The notes beneath the pieces were generated by a model. That model made no database searches and had not been told where the DNA came from. It saw only the letters and a list, made by a program, of their open reading frames with translations. The position numbers and the translations under genes were made by a program. From Squalus acanthias (lineage: Eukaryota): DNA of 64,000 nucleotides. Of the stretch, positions 10,919-23,090 are shown piece by piece. Every line of letters begins with the position of its first letter. Position 1 is the stretch's first letter. The stretch is taken from the NCBI GenBank assembly GCA_030390025.1, contig CM059438.1, positions 64,978,001-65,042,000 on the forward strand, written 5' to 3'.

Positions 10919-12351
10919 ATCACAGACCCGGGGGTTTGACCGGTCCCGGGGGTGTGTCTGATCACAGACCCGGGGGTTTGACCGGTCCTGGGGGGTGTGT
11001 CCAATCACAGACCCGGGGGTTTGACTGGTCCCAGGGGTGTGTCCAATCACGGACCCGGGGGTTTGATCGGTCCCGGGGGTGTGTCCGATCACAGACCCGG
11101 GGGTTTGACCGGTCCCGGGGGGTGTGTTCGATCACAGACCCGAGGGTTTGACCGGTCCCGGGGTGTGTCCAATCACAGACCCGAGGGTTTGACCGGTCCC
11201 GGGGGGTGTGTTCGATCACAGACCCGAGGGTTTGACCGGTCCCGGGGTTTGTCTGATCACAGACCCGGGGGTTTGACCTGTCCCCGGGGGTGTGTCTGAT
11301 CACAGACCTGGGGGTTTGACCGGTCCTGGGGGGTGTGTCTGAACACAAACCCGGGGGTTTGACCGGTCCTGGGGGGTGTGTCCGATCACAGACCCGGGGG
11401 TTTGACCGGTCCCGGGGGGTGTGTCTGATCACAGACCCGGGGGTTTGACTGGTCCTGGGGGGTGTGTCCGATCACAGACCTGGGGGTTTGACCGGTCCTG
11501 GGGGGTGTGTCTGATCACAGACCCGGGGGTTTGACTGGTCCTGGGGGGTGTGTCCGATCACAGACCCGGGGGTTTGACTGGTCCTGGGGGGTGTGTCCGA
11601 TCACAGACCCGGCGGTTTGACCGGTCCGGGGGGTGTGTCTGATCACAGACCCGGCGGTTTGACCGGTCCCGGGGGTGTGTCTGATCACAGACCCGGGGGT
11701 TTGACCGGTCCCGGGGGTGTGTCTGATCACAGACCCGGCGGTTTGACTGGTCCCGGGGATGTGTCCGATCACAGACCCGGGGGTTTGACCGGTCCTGGGG
11801 GGTGTGTCCGATCACTGACCCGGGGGTTTGACTGGTCCGGGGGGGTGTGTTCGATCACAGACCTGGGGGTTTGACCGGTCCTGGGGGGTGTGTTCGATCA
11901 CAGACCCGGGGGTTTGACCGGTCCCGGGAGTGTGTTCGATCACAGACCCGGGGGTTTGACTGGTCCGGGGGGGTGTGTTCGATCACAGACCCGGGGGTTT
12001 GACCGGTCCTGGGGGTGGGTCTGTTCACAGACCCGGGGGTTTGACCGGTCCCGGGGGGTGTGTTCGATCACAGACCCAGGGGTTTGACTGGTCCTGGGGG
12101 GTGTGTTCGATCACAGACCCGGGGGTTTGACCGGTCCTGGGGGTGGGTCCGTTCACAGACCCGGGGGTTTGACCGGTCCCGGGGGGTGTGTTCGATCACA
12201 GCCCCGGAGGTTTGACCGGTCCTGGGGGTGGGTCCGATCACAGACCTGGGGGTTTGACCGGTCCTGGGGGGTGTGTTCGATCACAGACCCGGGGGTTTGA
12301 CCGGTCCTGGGGGGTGTGTTCGATCACAGACCCGAGGGTTTGACCGATCCC
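10919..12351. repeat. GC-rich minisatellite, 42-43 bp unit, about 33 copies
   Basis: Unit GATCACAGACCCGGGGGTTTGACCGGTCC(C/T)GGGGG(G)TGTGT(C/T)(C/T), read directly from the sequence. Confidence 0.97.
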
Positions 12352-12352
12352 T

Positions 12353-12900
12353 TTTTGGTCTCCTTACCTAAGAAAGGATTTACTTCCCATAGAGGGAGTG
12401 CAGCGAAGGTTCGCCAGACTGATTCCTGGGATGGCAGGACTGTCGTATGAGGAGAGATTGGGTCGACTAGGCCTGTATTCACTAGAGTTTAGGAGAATGA
12501 GAGGGGATCTCATTGAAACGTATAAAATTCTGACAGGGCTAGACAGACTGGATGCAGGGAGGATGTTTCCCCTGGCTGGGGGGTCTAGAACGAGGGGTCA
12601 CAGTCTCAGGATACGGGGTAGGACATTTAGGACTGAGATGAGGAGAAATTTCTTCACTCAGAGGGTGGTGAACCTGTGGAATTCTCTACCACAGAAGGCT
12701 GTGGAGGCCAAGTCACTGAATATATTTAAGAAGGAGATAGATAGATTTCTAGACACAAAAGGCATCAAGGGGTATGGGGAGAGAGCAGGAATATGCTATT
12801 GAGATAGAGGATCAGCCATGATCATATTCAATGGCGGAGCAGGCTCGAAGGGCCGAATGGCCTACTCCTGCTCCTATTTTTCTATGTTTCTATGTTTCTA
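12353..12900 (+). mobile_element. CR1 LINE 3' fragment (young)
   Basis: ORF 12398-12802 (LSYEERLGRLGLYSLEFRRMRGDLIETYKI...RNFFTQRVVNLWNSLP) matches the CR1 ORF2 C-terminus; (TTCTATGT)n tail. Confidence 0.95.
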
Positions 12901-12984
12901 AGGGTGTCGCTCAGGGAAGAATGGGGGATGCCAGAGTCGGAGAAATGGCCAGTTGTAAGGTGAAGGTGGTGGGGGAGGGGTGGG

Positions 12985-13650
12985 TGGTAGGATATTCGGG
13001 CTGAAGGAGGTTACAGAGATAGGGAGCGGGGGCGAGATCATGGAGGGATTTAAATACAAGAATGAGAAGTTTAAAGTTGAGGCTTTGAGGAGAACCAGGC
13101 ACTCATGTAACGAGGACAGGGGTGATGGATGAGCAGGATGGTATACAGGCAGCAGCACTTTGGATGAGCTGGAGGTTTGGAGACTAGTTAGGAGTGCTTT
13201 GGAGGAATTATGGCTGGAGGTGACAAAGGCAGTTTAATATCGAGGTTATCAGCAGTAAGGGGCGGGGCAGAGGCGGGTGATGTAATGAAGATAGAGGTAG
13301 GTGGTCTTTGTGATGGAGGTAGGTGGTCTTTGTGATGGAGGTTGGTGGTCTTTGTGATGGAGGTAGGTGGTCTTTGTGATGGAGGTTGGTGGTCTTTGTG
13401 ATGGAGAAGATATAGGGTCAGAAGCTCAGCTCAGGGTCAAACAGGACCCCGAGGTTGCAAACAGTCTGGTTCAGCCTGAGAAAATGGCCATGAATGGGGA
13501 TGGAGTTGGTGGTGGAGGCAGAGACAATGGCGTCAATCTTTCAAACATTTAGCTAGAGGAAATTACAGCTCGTTGAATGCCGAACGTTGGACAAACAGTC
13601 TGATGCAGCGACAGTAGAGGAGTGAAGAGAGGAGGGTGTGAGGTAGAGCA
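12985..13650 (-). mobile_element. Decayed L2 fragment with an internal 22-23 bp tandem expansion (approx. 13296-13405)
   Basis: Encodes FKLLILVFKSLHDLAPAPYLCNLLQP; the unit aggt(a/t)ggtggtctttgtgatgg is repeated 4-5 times. Confidence 0.75.
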
Positions 13651-14245
13651 GGGTGTTTTGTCCTCGATCTCTGAGGATGATGGATCATTTGCGTTTCCAT
13701 TACTCGCTTGGTTCCATTGCGGAGCAGCAATGGAGGGACCTGTTGATCAGATGCTGTGCACGTTCTTTTATTGGGTCTTTGAGCAGAATTGCCTTGGAGT
13801 CATAATAATGAACCTGGATTATCTCTGTCTATCATCAGGTACGAGTGCCTAACTCATTCCAGCTCTGTAGTTGGTATCATTTCATGATGTGCTGGGAAGA
13901 AACGTTTGTTTTATTCATCATTTACTTTCAACTGTCCAGACACTCTGGATTAAATACAAATTGTGTAATGTTAGTTGAGATGCAAACAGTCTGAAGATGA
14001 TTAAACACACCCCACAATGCCTGGCCGTAAAATAATAAATTAACTGATGAAACAGAAAAGAGCATTTTATCTCTATTTTCTATATTTTCTGGAGCATTTA
14101 TCATTTATTTTCTGCAATGTTCAATTTCAGTAAGAATTTACTTAATGTTCAGTTATGGTAATCAGATGATGACATCCCAGCAGTAGCAGCACAGACGGAG
14201 CTGTGCTGTGCGCTGATTTTCCACCGAATGAAGACTTGAGCTCCT

Positions 14246-14474
14246 CAGCTCTGGAATTCCCTCCCGAAACCTCTCCGCCTCTCTACCTCTCTTTCCTCCT
14301 TGAAGACGCTCCTTAAAACCTGCCTCTTTGACCAAGCTTTTGGTCAACTGCCCTAGTTTCTCCTTAGGTGGCTTGGTGTCAAATTTTTGTTTTATGACAC
14401 TCCTGTGAAGCGCCTTGGGATGTTTTACTACGTTAAAGGCGCTATATAAATACAAGTTGGTGTTGCTGTTGTTT
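14246..14474 (+). mobile_element. L2 3' end
   Basis: ctctggaattccctccc...aaggcgctatataaatacaag(ttg)n, followed by (TG)/(TA) microsatellites. Confidence 0.88.
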
Positions 14475-15488
14475 TGTGTGTGTATATATATATACATATA
14501 TATATATATACACACATAAACATTTATTAAAAAACACACATCAATGCATGTGTATATATAAATATGCATTTGAAAAAAACACACATGTTATGGAAACCAT
14601 TGGCACTCTGGATGGAAAGTATCTGTTTCTTTTAGTTGTGGCTGTTCTTCGATGGGTAATCTCTTTATTCTAAACTGAAGAATCTTGCTGCACTTTAATA
14701 AAGTCCAAACGTCCACCCTCTCTGTTGTCAGTAAGGGTCAAAGGTAACGTGAGTTTGGAAGGTCTTGATCTATGTTGTAGTGCACACGGGTTCATGTCAC
14801 AAAACTAACCAGGCTTCACAACAGTTGACAGAAAATTATCCAAGTTCTCACTCAGATGTCACAAAATGCTTAGAAGACTCTTCTGAAAGTGGGGTCAAGG
14901 TACTTTTTTGAAGTAGAACAGAGAGAGTGACATCAAACCTCAACTGGGACTTCATAATGCTGACACTGGGCACCAGAAGTGGAAGAGCATTAACTTCTCC
15001 TACATTAGTATCTGTTGTCTTCAGGACTGCAAAAATACGACCTTCGAATAAACACATCAACAGAATTAGAATTGAAGCATTCAGAAATAAAGGCCACGAC
15101 GAATCCAAACAAACAATCCCAAAATCAAATCCTTGGCCTTGTGTGGGGTCATTTCTGACAACTAAATTTGTTCCATAGGAAATTAATAAGAAACCTTGCA
15201 ATAAATGGTTTGTATGGAATTCTTCTCCCCAGGCGGAGAAGAAATGTCTTTATGGATAATAAAGTGCGAGAAGTTGCTTAACTAAAACTACGCAACGCTT
15301 TCATAAACAGAAATGGCTCTTTTATTGAGGTCGGCTCCCCAGAGTATAATTGCTTGGCCTCCTCACTCCTTTCCAGCTGCAGTGGATGTTGTTGATCTCA
15401 AGTTAAAATGTCCAGAAATGCAAAGTGGAAATGTGCTCTATGTATGTGTGTGTGTGTGTTAACAATCAGAGATGTCGGGGGCTGGAGA

Positions 15489-16305
15489 AAACAACAACAG
15501 CAACAACTTGCGTTTATATAGCGAATTTAATACAGTAAATGCTCCCAAGGGGCTTCACAGGAGCGTATTCGGACAAAAATTAATCCCGAGCCAAAGAAGA
15601 AGACATTGGGACACGTGAGCGAAAGCTTGGTCAAAGAGGTAGGCTTTAAGGAGCGTCTTGAAGGAGGAGAGAGGTAAGGAGAGGTTTAGGGAGGGAATTC
15701 CATAGTTTCGGGCCTAGACAGTTGAAGGCACGGCCTCCAATGGTAAAGAAAGAAAGAAAGACTTGCATTTATATAGCACCTTTCACGACCACCGGACGTG
15801 TCAATGCGCTTTACAGCCAATGAAGTACTTTTGAAGTGGAGTCATTGTTGTAATGGGGCGAAGGAAGTGGGGAATGCCCAAGAGGCCAGAATTGGAAGAT
15901 TGCAGAGTTCTCGGAGAGTTGTACGGCTGAAGAAGGTTGCACAGATAGGGAGGGGCGAGGCTGTGAAGGGATTGGAACAGAAGGATGAGAATTTTTAATT
16001 TGTGGCGTTGCTGGACCGGGAGCCACTGTTGGTCAGCGAGTGCAGGAGTGAAGTGCAAAGGGGACTTGTTGCGAGTTAGGATTCGGTCAGCAGAATTTCG
16101 GATGATCTGAAGTTTAAAGAGGGTGGAAGGTGGGAGGACGGCCAGGAGTGTGTTGGAATAGTCAAGTCTAGAGGTAGCAAAGGCAGGGATGAGGGTTTCA
16201 GCAGCAGATGAGCTGAGGCAAGGGTGGAGTCGGGCGATGTTCCTGAGATGGAAATAGGCGGTCTTAGTTATGGCGCGGATATGTGGTCGGAAACTCATCT
16301 TGGGG
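15489..16305 (-). mobile_element. L2 3' fragment interrupted by a DeuSINE tail (approx. 15745-15857)
   Basis: ORF 15801-16439 contains KTAYFHLRNIARLHPCLSSSAAETLI...SRLDYSN; (CAA)n tail at 15489. Confidence 0.85.
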
Positions 16306-17544
16306 TCTGGAGGTAACAAAGAGCAAAATGTCACAAGAATCTTACCTGGGTGGGTCACTGGGAACCACAAAATGAGTTTGGGGAGTTTGTTGTGCGACCA
16401 AATGTACTTTAGGGAGTGATGGTTCACTCTGTCTTTCAATCGTGGATATTATGGGAATAATTTCATGAGATCGCATTCCCAGCAGAGAGCTTCACCCACA
16501 GGCTGCACGTGTTTGAAATTCGTGTGTGGGTGTGAACAGTTATTCATCCATTAAAATTAATCAACAGAAAATCATAGCGTGAACCAGAATGTCATTACAT
16601 GCTGATTGTGGGCGAGACTCCCTGCCAGGAATGGCAGGTCAAAAAAAAAAACCATAATTATATTTCACTTGTTATGAAATCAAATTCTGTTTCTTCAATG
16701 TCTTGCACTTGAAGTATATATATATATATATATATGTATATGTGTGTGTGTGAGCGCATGAGTGTGCGTGTAAGAGTGTGTGTGTGTGTGTATTACATTT
16801 AGCCCCAAAGATAATGGTGTAAAATTCGACTGGATGTCAAGTTGTTTGAGGGACCTCTGGGCTGTATAGTACAATGAGACAGCTTCAGATGAGTGCGAGT
16901 CTGGAAAAAGAGACCTTGTAGAACTCAGCCCAAAGCAACTTTGCTTTTCTACATCCATGACATTTTAAAAACTAAACCTGCCTCTGGAGCGAGAAGCTAT
17001 TTCAAACACAGTGATTTAAACTGCAAATCTGCTTTGATTCCCCGCATCTCCCAGATTCTGAGGTCTGCAGAAGACTAGATTTACATGCAAAACCCGAGTC
17101 CCATCAGGAGCAGAAGCTTTGAAGCGAGACAGCCCCTTAAGGGAATGGGTATGTTTTGGGATGAGTATTGTTAGTGGTAACAGCCCCCGACTGGGTGTAG
17201 TTTAAGATTATTTTAGCTTCCCTCTAATTATCTGTTTCATAACAGCTGATACCCTGGGATGATGGGCAGAAGGATTTTGATGCAATGTGTTGGCTGCAAA
17301 GTACAACGACATAGGCGGCTGGCTATTCAGGACAACCAGTGGAAATTACGAACTGACTTGTATTTTTGGATGCATTTAATAAGCTTCCACATCTGTTGCA
17401 TTTAAAGATGAGCACTATTGGAATTAGTGGCTAGTAAGCTGGCATGATTGAAAACTGGCTTAGCTATGGAGAGTGGAATGTGATGATAAATGGGTAAAGT
17501 TAGACTTCAACAGGTGAACACTGTACCACCTTATTACTACATTC

Positions 17545-17950
17545 TCTTCTTCTTAGGCAGTCCCTCGGAACCGAGGATGACTTGCTTCCACACTAAAAAT
17601 GAGTTCTCAGGTGACTGATGAGTCCAATGCGGGACCTACAGTCTCTGTCACAGGTGGGGCAGACGGTGGTTGAAGGGGCGGGTGGGTGGGGTGCTTGGGT
17701 TGACGTGCGCTCCTTCCGCTGTTGGCGCTTGGCTTCCGCTTGCTCCCGGCGAAGAGACTCGAGGTGTTCGGCGCCTTCCCGGATGCTTCTCCTCCACTTT
17801 GTGCGGTCTTGGGCCAGGGATTCCCAGGTGTTGGTGGGGATATTGCACTTTATCAAGAAGGCTTTGAGGGTGTCCTTGAAGCGTTTCCTCTGCCCACCTG
17901 GGGCTCTCTCGCCGTGTCGGAGCTCCGAGTGGAGCGCTTGTTTTGGGAGG
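17545..17950 (-). mobile_element. RTE (BovB-like) LINE 3' fragment
   Basis: Encodes LPKQALHSELRHGERAPGGQRKRFKDTLK...WESLAQDRTKWR and the C2H2-like CPTCDRDCRSRIGLISHLRTH; (AAG)n tail. Confidence 0.9.
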
Positions 17951-18576
17951 CTCGTTATTGCCTCATTTTGGTATGCAGAAAAACAATTGGATAAGAAACA
18001 ATGGCAACCAAAGCAAAGCAACTCGAGCAATTGAGCGTTGAAGGAGTTAATGGCAGCAGTAAAACAAAATAAAGTCTATTTTAAAAAACTTCGTAAGTGA
18101 GACCTGTAGCAAAACAGTTTGCAGGAACTGAAGCATCTTGATCCCATTATACTGCAGGCTTGTTTATCCTGTAAAATCTATAAAGCAGAATCTGTGATTT
18201 ACTTCACTAAATTCAAGAAGAGCATCAGCGCTTGTCAGCAAAACAAAGCCGCTCATTGTGTGCGTGGACACGGGTGGAATTAAATTTAAGTTGAAAACTG
18301 AGGTTTTACAATTCGGCACATGTCACCCAACTGCCTTCTTGCAGCTTTCGCTGGGGTAACTTTCACCACAATTGGACACTTGCCTCTGATTTCAGCCTGC
18401 GAAAAGTAATGTAACAATCTGCCAGGTTTAACATTGCGAAAATGCTGGCAAAACTTTGCACAACTGTAGATTTATAGATACCGTTGATTCTAAGTCACTC
18501 AGAAAATATTCGCCATGTTCCTGATAGCTTTGCCACTGAACTGTTTGGAGATAAAAAGGAGGCTCCTCTCGCTCGT

Positions 18577-18948
18577 CAAATCCCGACATGGCCTCGCCCC
18601 TCCCCATCCCTGTAACCTCCTCCAGCCCTACAACCCTCTGAGATCTCCGCGCTCCTCCAATTCTTGCTCCTTGTGCATCCCTGATTTCCCTCAACCCACC
18701 ATTGGCATTGGTGCCTTTAGCCGTCTAGGCCCTAAGCTCTGGAATTCCCGCGCTAAACCTCTCCACCTGTCTCTCCTCCTTTAAGACGCTCCTTAAAACC
18801 TACCTCTTTGACCAATCATTTGGTTACTTGTCCTAATATCTCCTCCTTTGGCTTGGTGTCAATTTGTGTCTGATTGCACTCCTGTGAAGCGCCCTGGGAT
18901 GTTTTCCTATGTTAGAGACGCTATATAAGTGCGAGTCGTTCTTCTTGT
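18577..18948 (+). mobile_element. L2 3' fragment
   Basis: Encodes HGLAPPHPCNLLQPYNPLRS...LGPKLWNS and carries the L2 3'UTR. Confidence 0.85.
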
Positions 18949-19089
18949 TGATATCTACTCTACCTTTTATACATGTCCCCTTCGAGAGAGGGAAGGGGGC
19001 AGAGCTGTATATTGCTGAGCAGACTGTGAGCTCCTTCATCAGGATTTCAAGCAAACGGTGTTTTGAACCAAACTTATCTTAAAGGGAAA

Positions 19090-19300
19090 CAAAACAAAAA
19101 TTGCAGATGCTGAAAATCGGAAATAATCTAAATAGCTGGCAACACTCAGCAGGTTAGACAACGTCCGTGGAAGAACACCAGTCAATGATTCAAGTCGTGG
19201 AACCCTCTCGTCTTGAGGAAGGGCCAATGGCTTGAAACGTCGACTGCTGTTTTTCCACAGATGTTGCCTGATCTGCTGAGTGTTTCCAGCTTTTTCTGTC
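19090..19300. mobile_element. Inverted pair of Penelope terminal-repeat fragments
   Basis: Both halves are similar to 33400-33531, in opposite orientations; degenerate hammerhead core ttgagga...gaaacgtc. Confidence 0.7.
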
Positions 19301-19754
19301 TCTGTCTTCTAAAAGGGAGCCTCCATTGTGAGGCATTTATTTTTCCTCTTCCTCCCTTTCTTTCTCCTTACCGACCACTTTCTATATTCTTCAGGCAGCA
19401 GAATCTCGACTGTGGCGTCTTCACGGTCTCATGCCAACAATGCTCTGAGATCAATGAGCAGTGAACGTTGGTCATTCCAGTCAAGCTGGATAATACCATC
19501 CAGGGAGGCTCCAAACAATCATTATTGAGTTGCCCCAATCCATCTCCCTATGTGTTACCAAATCGGCAATAGTCTCGTCCATTTTAAAAATAGAGTTCAC
19601 TTCAAAACTTACCCTCAGTTCAGATGATGCAGAATAAAGAAATAACAAACTTGCATCGACATAGCTCCTTCAATGATTTCCGGATGCCCAAAAACATTTC
19701 ACATTCAATGAAGTACTTTTTGAAGTGTAGTCACCATTGTAATATAGGGGAACG

Positions 19755-20211
19755 CTCGATCAGCTCCGATGGACGGGTCACATTGTCCGTATGCCCGATA
19801 CGAGACTCCCAAAACAAGCGCTCTACTCGGAGCTCCGGCACGGCAAGAGAGCCCCAGGTGGGCAGAGGAAACGCTTCAAGGACACCCTCAAAGCCTCCTT
19901 GAAAAAGTGTAACATCCCCACCGACACCTGGGAATCTCTGGCCCAAGACCGCACAAAGTGGAGGAGAAGCATCCGGGAAGGCGCCAAACACCTCGAGTCT
20001 CTTCGCCGGGAGCAAGCGGAAGCCAAGCGCAGGCAGCGCAAGGAGCGCACGTCAACCCAAGCACCCACCCTCCTGCCCCTTCAACCACCGTCTGCCCCAC
20101 CTGTGACAGAGACTGTAGGTCCCGCATTGGACTCATCAGTCACCTGCGAACTCATTTTTAATGTGGAAGCAAGTCATCCTCGGTTCTGAGGGACTGCCTA
20201 AGAAGAAGAAG
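19755..20211 (+). mobile_element. RTE (BovB-like) LINE 3' fragment inserted in a DeuSINE remnant (approx. 19636-20282)
   Basis: Encodes MPDTRLPKQALYSEL...; (AAG)n tail; 11-bp TSD ATAGGGGAACG at 19744-19754 / 20212-20222. Confidence 0.93.
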
Positions 20212-20479
20212 ATAGGGGAACGTAGAAGCCAATTTGGGGACAGCAATAACTCTCCTTCTTCTCTTTAAGTAGTGCCATGACATGGGGACAGAGGAAAATG
20301 TCACAGAATCAAGTCCACCCATCCTCTGGGGATACTCCGAAAGCGTACCTGAAATGCCAAGCTGATGCAAACCCAGCATAATGGGTCTCTGACACTTTAT
20401 TCTCTGTGTGGCACCGTGGGCACAAAGCACAGACAAATCAGCCCAGTCAAGGCCATCGAGAGGGTGCAGAAAAAATTGC

Positions 20480-20910
20480 AATGATGATAACACGGATGAG
20501 AGGATTTAGTAATGAGGAGACAAGCTAGAAACTGGGGCTCTTTTCTTCAGCACAGAGAGGATTAGAGGAGATCTAACTGATCGGTTCGAAGTGATGAAGT
20601 TTTGATGAGGTAAATCAGGAAAAACTATTCCCGCTGGTTGATGAATTGGTAACTAGCGGCTATAATTTTAAGACCATCACCAAAGAGAGAGGTTAGGAGA
20701 ATCTTTTTTTTTTCATAGCCGGTTGTTGCCACATGGAATACCATATTAGAAACAGTGGTGGAGTTTTTTTTTAAAGAAATGGGTAAATAGTTGAAGGATA
20801 AAAATATAAAAGTGTAAGCGGAAGGAACTGGGGAATGTGACTATGTGGATAGGTCTTTGAGAGAGTTGGCACAGCCATGAGGGGCTGAATGGCCTCCTAC
20901 AGTATTGTAA
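20480..20910 (+). mobile_element. Decayed CR1 3' fragment
   Basis: Degenerate match to the CR1 C-terminus and 3'UTR (gggctgaatggcctcct). Confidence 0.6.
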
Positions 20911-21674
20911 AAGTCTAGAAAACAACTGTGGAAGTAACACTCAAGACCTTCTGGTTGTTTCAAGCATTCAATACTCAAGGCACATTGACAGTTTTAGAAG
21001 CTGATTGTTCTTTGGAGACTGATGCTGAATGTGCTTCTGACAGTGTAATCGTGGACTATTCTTGGATTGTCCTGAATGTGGAGTTTAACTCCAATTTCAG
21101 CAAGTCAGCTGGTATTGCCTTGGAATGATACTTTCCTTCTCTATGATCTCCAGTCTGTCTATCCAAGTGAATCCTTGTGCACATACGTTATTGGGGACCA
21201 CACGGATACATGGTTCCACGTGATGTATCCTCTGTTTAGATTGGATTTCAGTTCATCATCCGGAGGTAAAATAACAAAGTTTGACAACATTGTTCTATCA
21301 ATACTCTGATTGTAGTGGTTTCTGCTTCACTGCAACGTTAACGTTGGAGTTCAAGCACAGCCACAACCGCAATCTGCCTCCGTATCGCATTTGGGAACTG
21401 AAACTCCCATCAATAGTAAGTAGTGCAGAACCCGGAGCAGATGCACAAATCCCTTTGCACAGTGTAACTCAGGCACCCAACACAAAGTTGCCTCAATGCA
21501 CAATATTGTGACACCATCGGGAATGGTAGCATTGTGGTTATGTTGCTGGACTAGTAATCCAGAAGGCCTAGACTAATGATCTGGAGATGTGAGTTCAAAT
21601 CCCACCATGGGCAGCTGGGGAATTTAAATTCAATTAAATAAATCTGGAATTAATAAAAAGCTATTATCAGTAAT

Positions 21675-22099
21675 ATAGAAACATAGAAACTAGAGTAGGC
21701 CATTCGGCCCGTCGAGCCTGCTCCACCATTCAATACGATCATGGCTGATCATCCAAATCCAGTACCCTATCCCTGCTTTCTCACACAGAATCCCCATCGA
21801 GCCTGCACCAACACATATCCCACCCTATCCCCGTAACCCCACGTATTTAATTCCCCCTAACATATCCCATCCTATCCCTGTAACCCCACATATTTAATCC
21901 CCCCCTAACACTAAGGGTCAATTTATCATAGCCAAATCAACCTAACCCGCACATTTTTGGACTGTGGGAGGAAACCGGAGCACCCGGAGGAAACCCACGC
22001 AGACACGGGGAGAATGTGCAAACTCCACACAGACAGTCACCCGAGGCCAGATTCGAACCCGGGTCCCTGGCGCTGTGAGGCACCAGTGCTAACCACTAT
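21675..22099 (-). mobile_element. HE1 (V-SINE) joined to a CR1 3' tail
   Basis: V-domain (gcgtgggtttcctccgggtgctccggtttcctcccac on minus) spans 22099 to about 21783, followed directly by a CR1 3'UTR and (TTCTATGT) tail. Confidence 0.88.
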
Positions 22100-22159
22100 G
22101 GTGACCATGAAACTACAGGATTGTCATAAAAACCCATCTCGTCCTTTAGGTGAAGGAAA

Positions 22160-22457
22160 CACGGTGGCATAGTGGTTAGCACTGTTGCCTCACAGCACCA
22201 GGGACCCGGGTTCGAATCCGGCCTCGGGTGACTGTCTGTGTGGAGTTGGCACATTCTCCCCGTGTCTGCGTGGGTTTCCTCCGGGTGCTCCGGTTTCCTC
22301 CCACAGTCCAAAGATGTGCGGGTTAGGTTGATTTGGCTATGATAAATTGACCCTTAGTGTTAGGGGGATTAAATACGTGGGGTTACGGGGATAGGGTGGG
22401 ATATGTGCAGGCTCGATGGGCCGAAATGGCCTCTATCTGCACTGTGGGGATTCTGTG
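22160..22457 (+). mobile_element. HE1 (V-SINE)
   Basis: tRNA-like head tggcatagtggttagcac...gggttcgaatcc and V-domain gcgtgggtttcctccgggtgctccggtttcctcccac. Confidence 0.92.
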
Positions 22458-23090
22458 AAATCTGCTGTCCTTACCTGGTCTGGCCTACATGTGACTCCAG
22501 ACCCACAGCAATGTGGTTGAATCTTAACTACCCTCTGAAATGGCCTAGCAAGCCACTCAGTTGTACCAAACTGCTACAAAAAGAACAGCAGTTCTTCTCA
22601 AGGGAAATTAGGGATGGACAATAAATGCTGGCCTTGCCAGTGATGCCCACATCCCATGAATGAATAAAAAAGAACCATCATACCAATGTCATGAACGCAG
22701 GAACTTCTACAGAGCTGTAAACTAGCATCGAATGCCAAATTGGAATGGCAGTATAAATTAGCTCTCCATGACCTCAAGAGCCCATCAAGTCTCAATTCAC
22801 TTCGGCAGTACAACTTGACCCTCAAACGCTATGGCTACCTGACTTCTTACCCTTTCTCTTCTTTTTGACTGCATCAGGATAAGAGAGTCCAAAGTACCAT
22901 CCATAGACAATAACCACGAAGCACTATCGCAAGTTATCCTGATGTCAACGTTTGCACCAATAGACTGGAAACATAAATGTCCCCCCAATGACCATTCTTC
23001 ATGTGTGAGCTGGAGGTGGGTGGGAAGAGGTGGGTGACACAGCTGAATGCCCACCTGTGCACTTTCCAGCAGGATTACTGGACAGACACC

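Larger units (their letters stand above)
21519..22671 (+). mobile_element. tRNA-derived SINE with CR1-type tail, host to two HE1 insertions
   Basis: A-box-like tggtagcattgtgg and B-box gttcaaatcc. The 3' tail gggatggacaataaatgctggccttgccagtgatgcccacatccc resembles the 3' end of the LINE at 41945-43045. Confidence 0.75.

Noticed and set aside
10720..12300. Many overlapping repetitive ORFs (DHRPGGLTGPGG, RDRSNPRVCD)
   Set aside because: They are translations of the minisatellite; the mix of 42- and 43-bp units breaks the frame repeatedly.
10919..12351. CRISPR-like array or V(D)J RSS array (CACAG and GGTTTG motifs)
   Set aside because: There are no unique spacers, and the heptamer/nonamer match and spacing are poor.
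22160..22235. tRNA gene
   Set aside because: The A/B boxes belong to the HE1 SINE head; there is no acceptor stem and the sequence continues into the V-domain.
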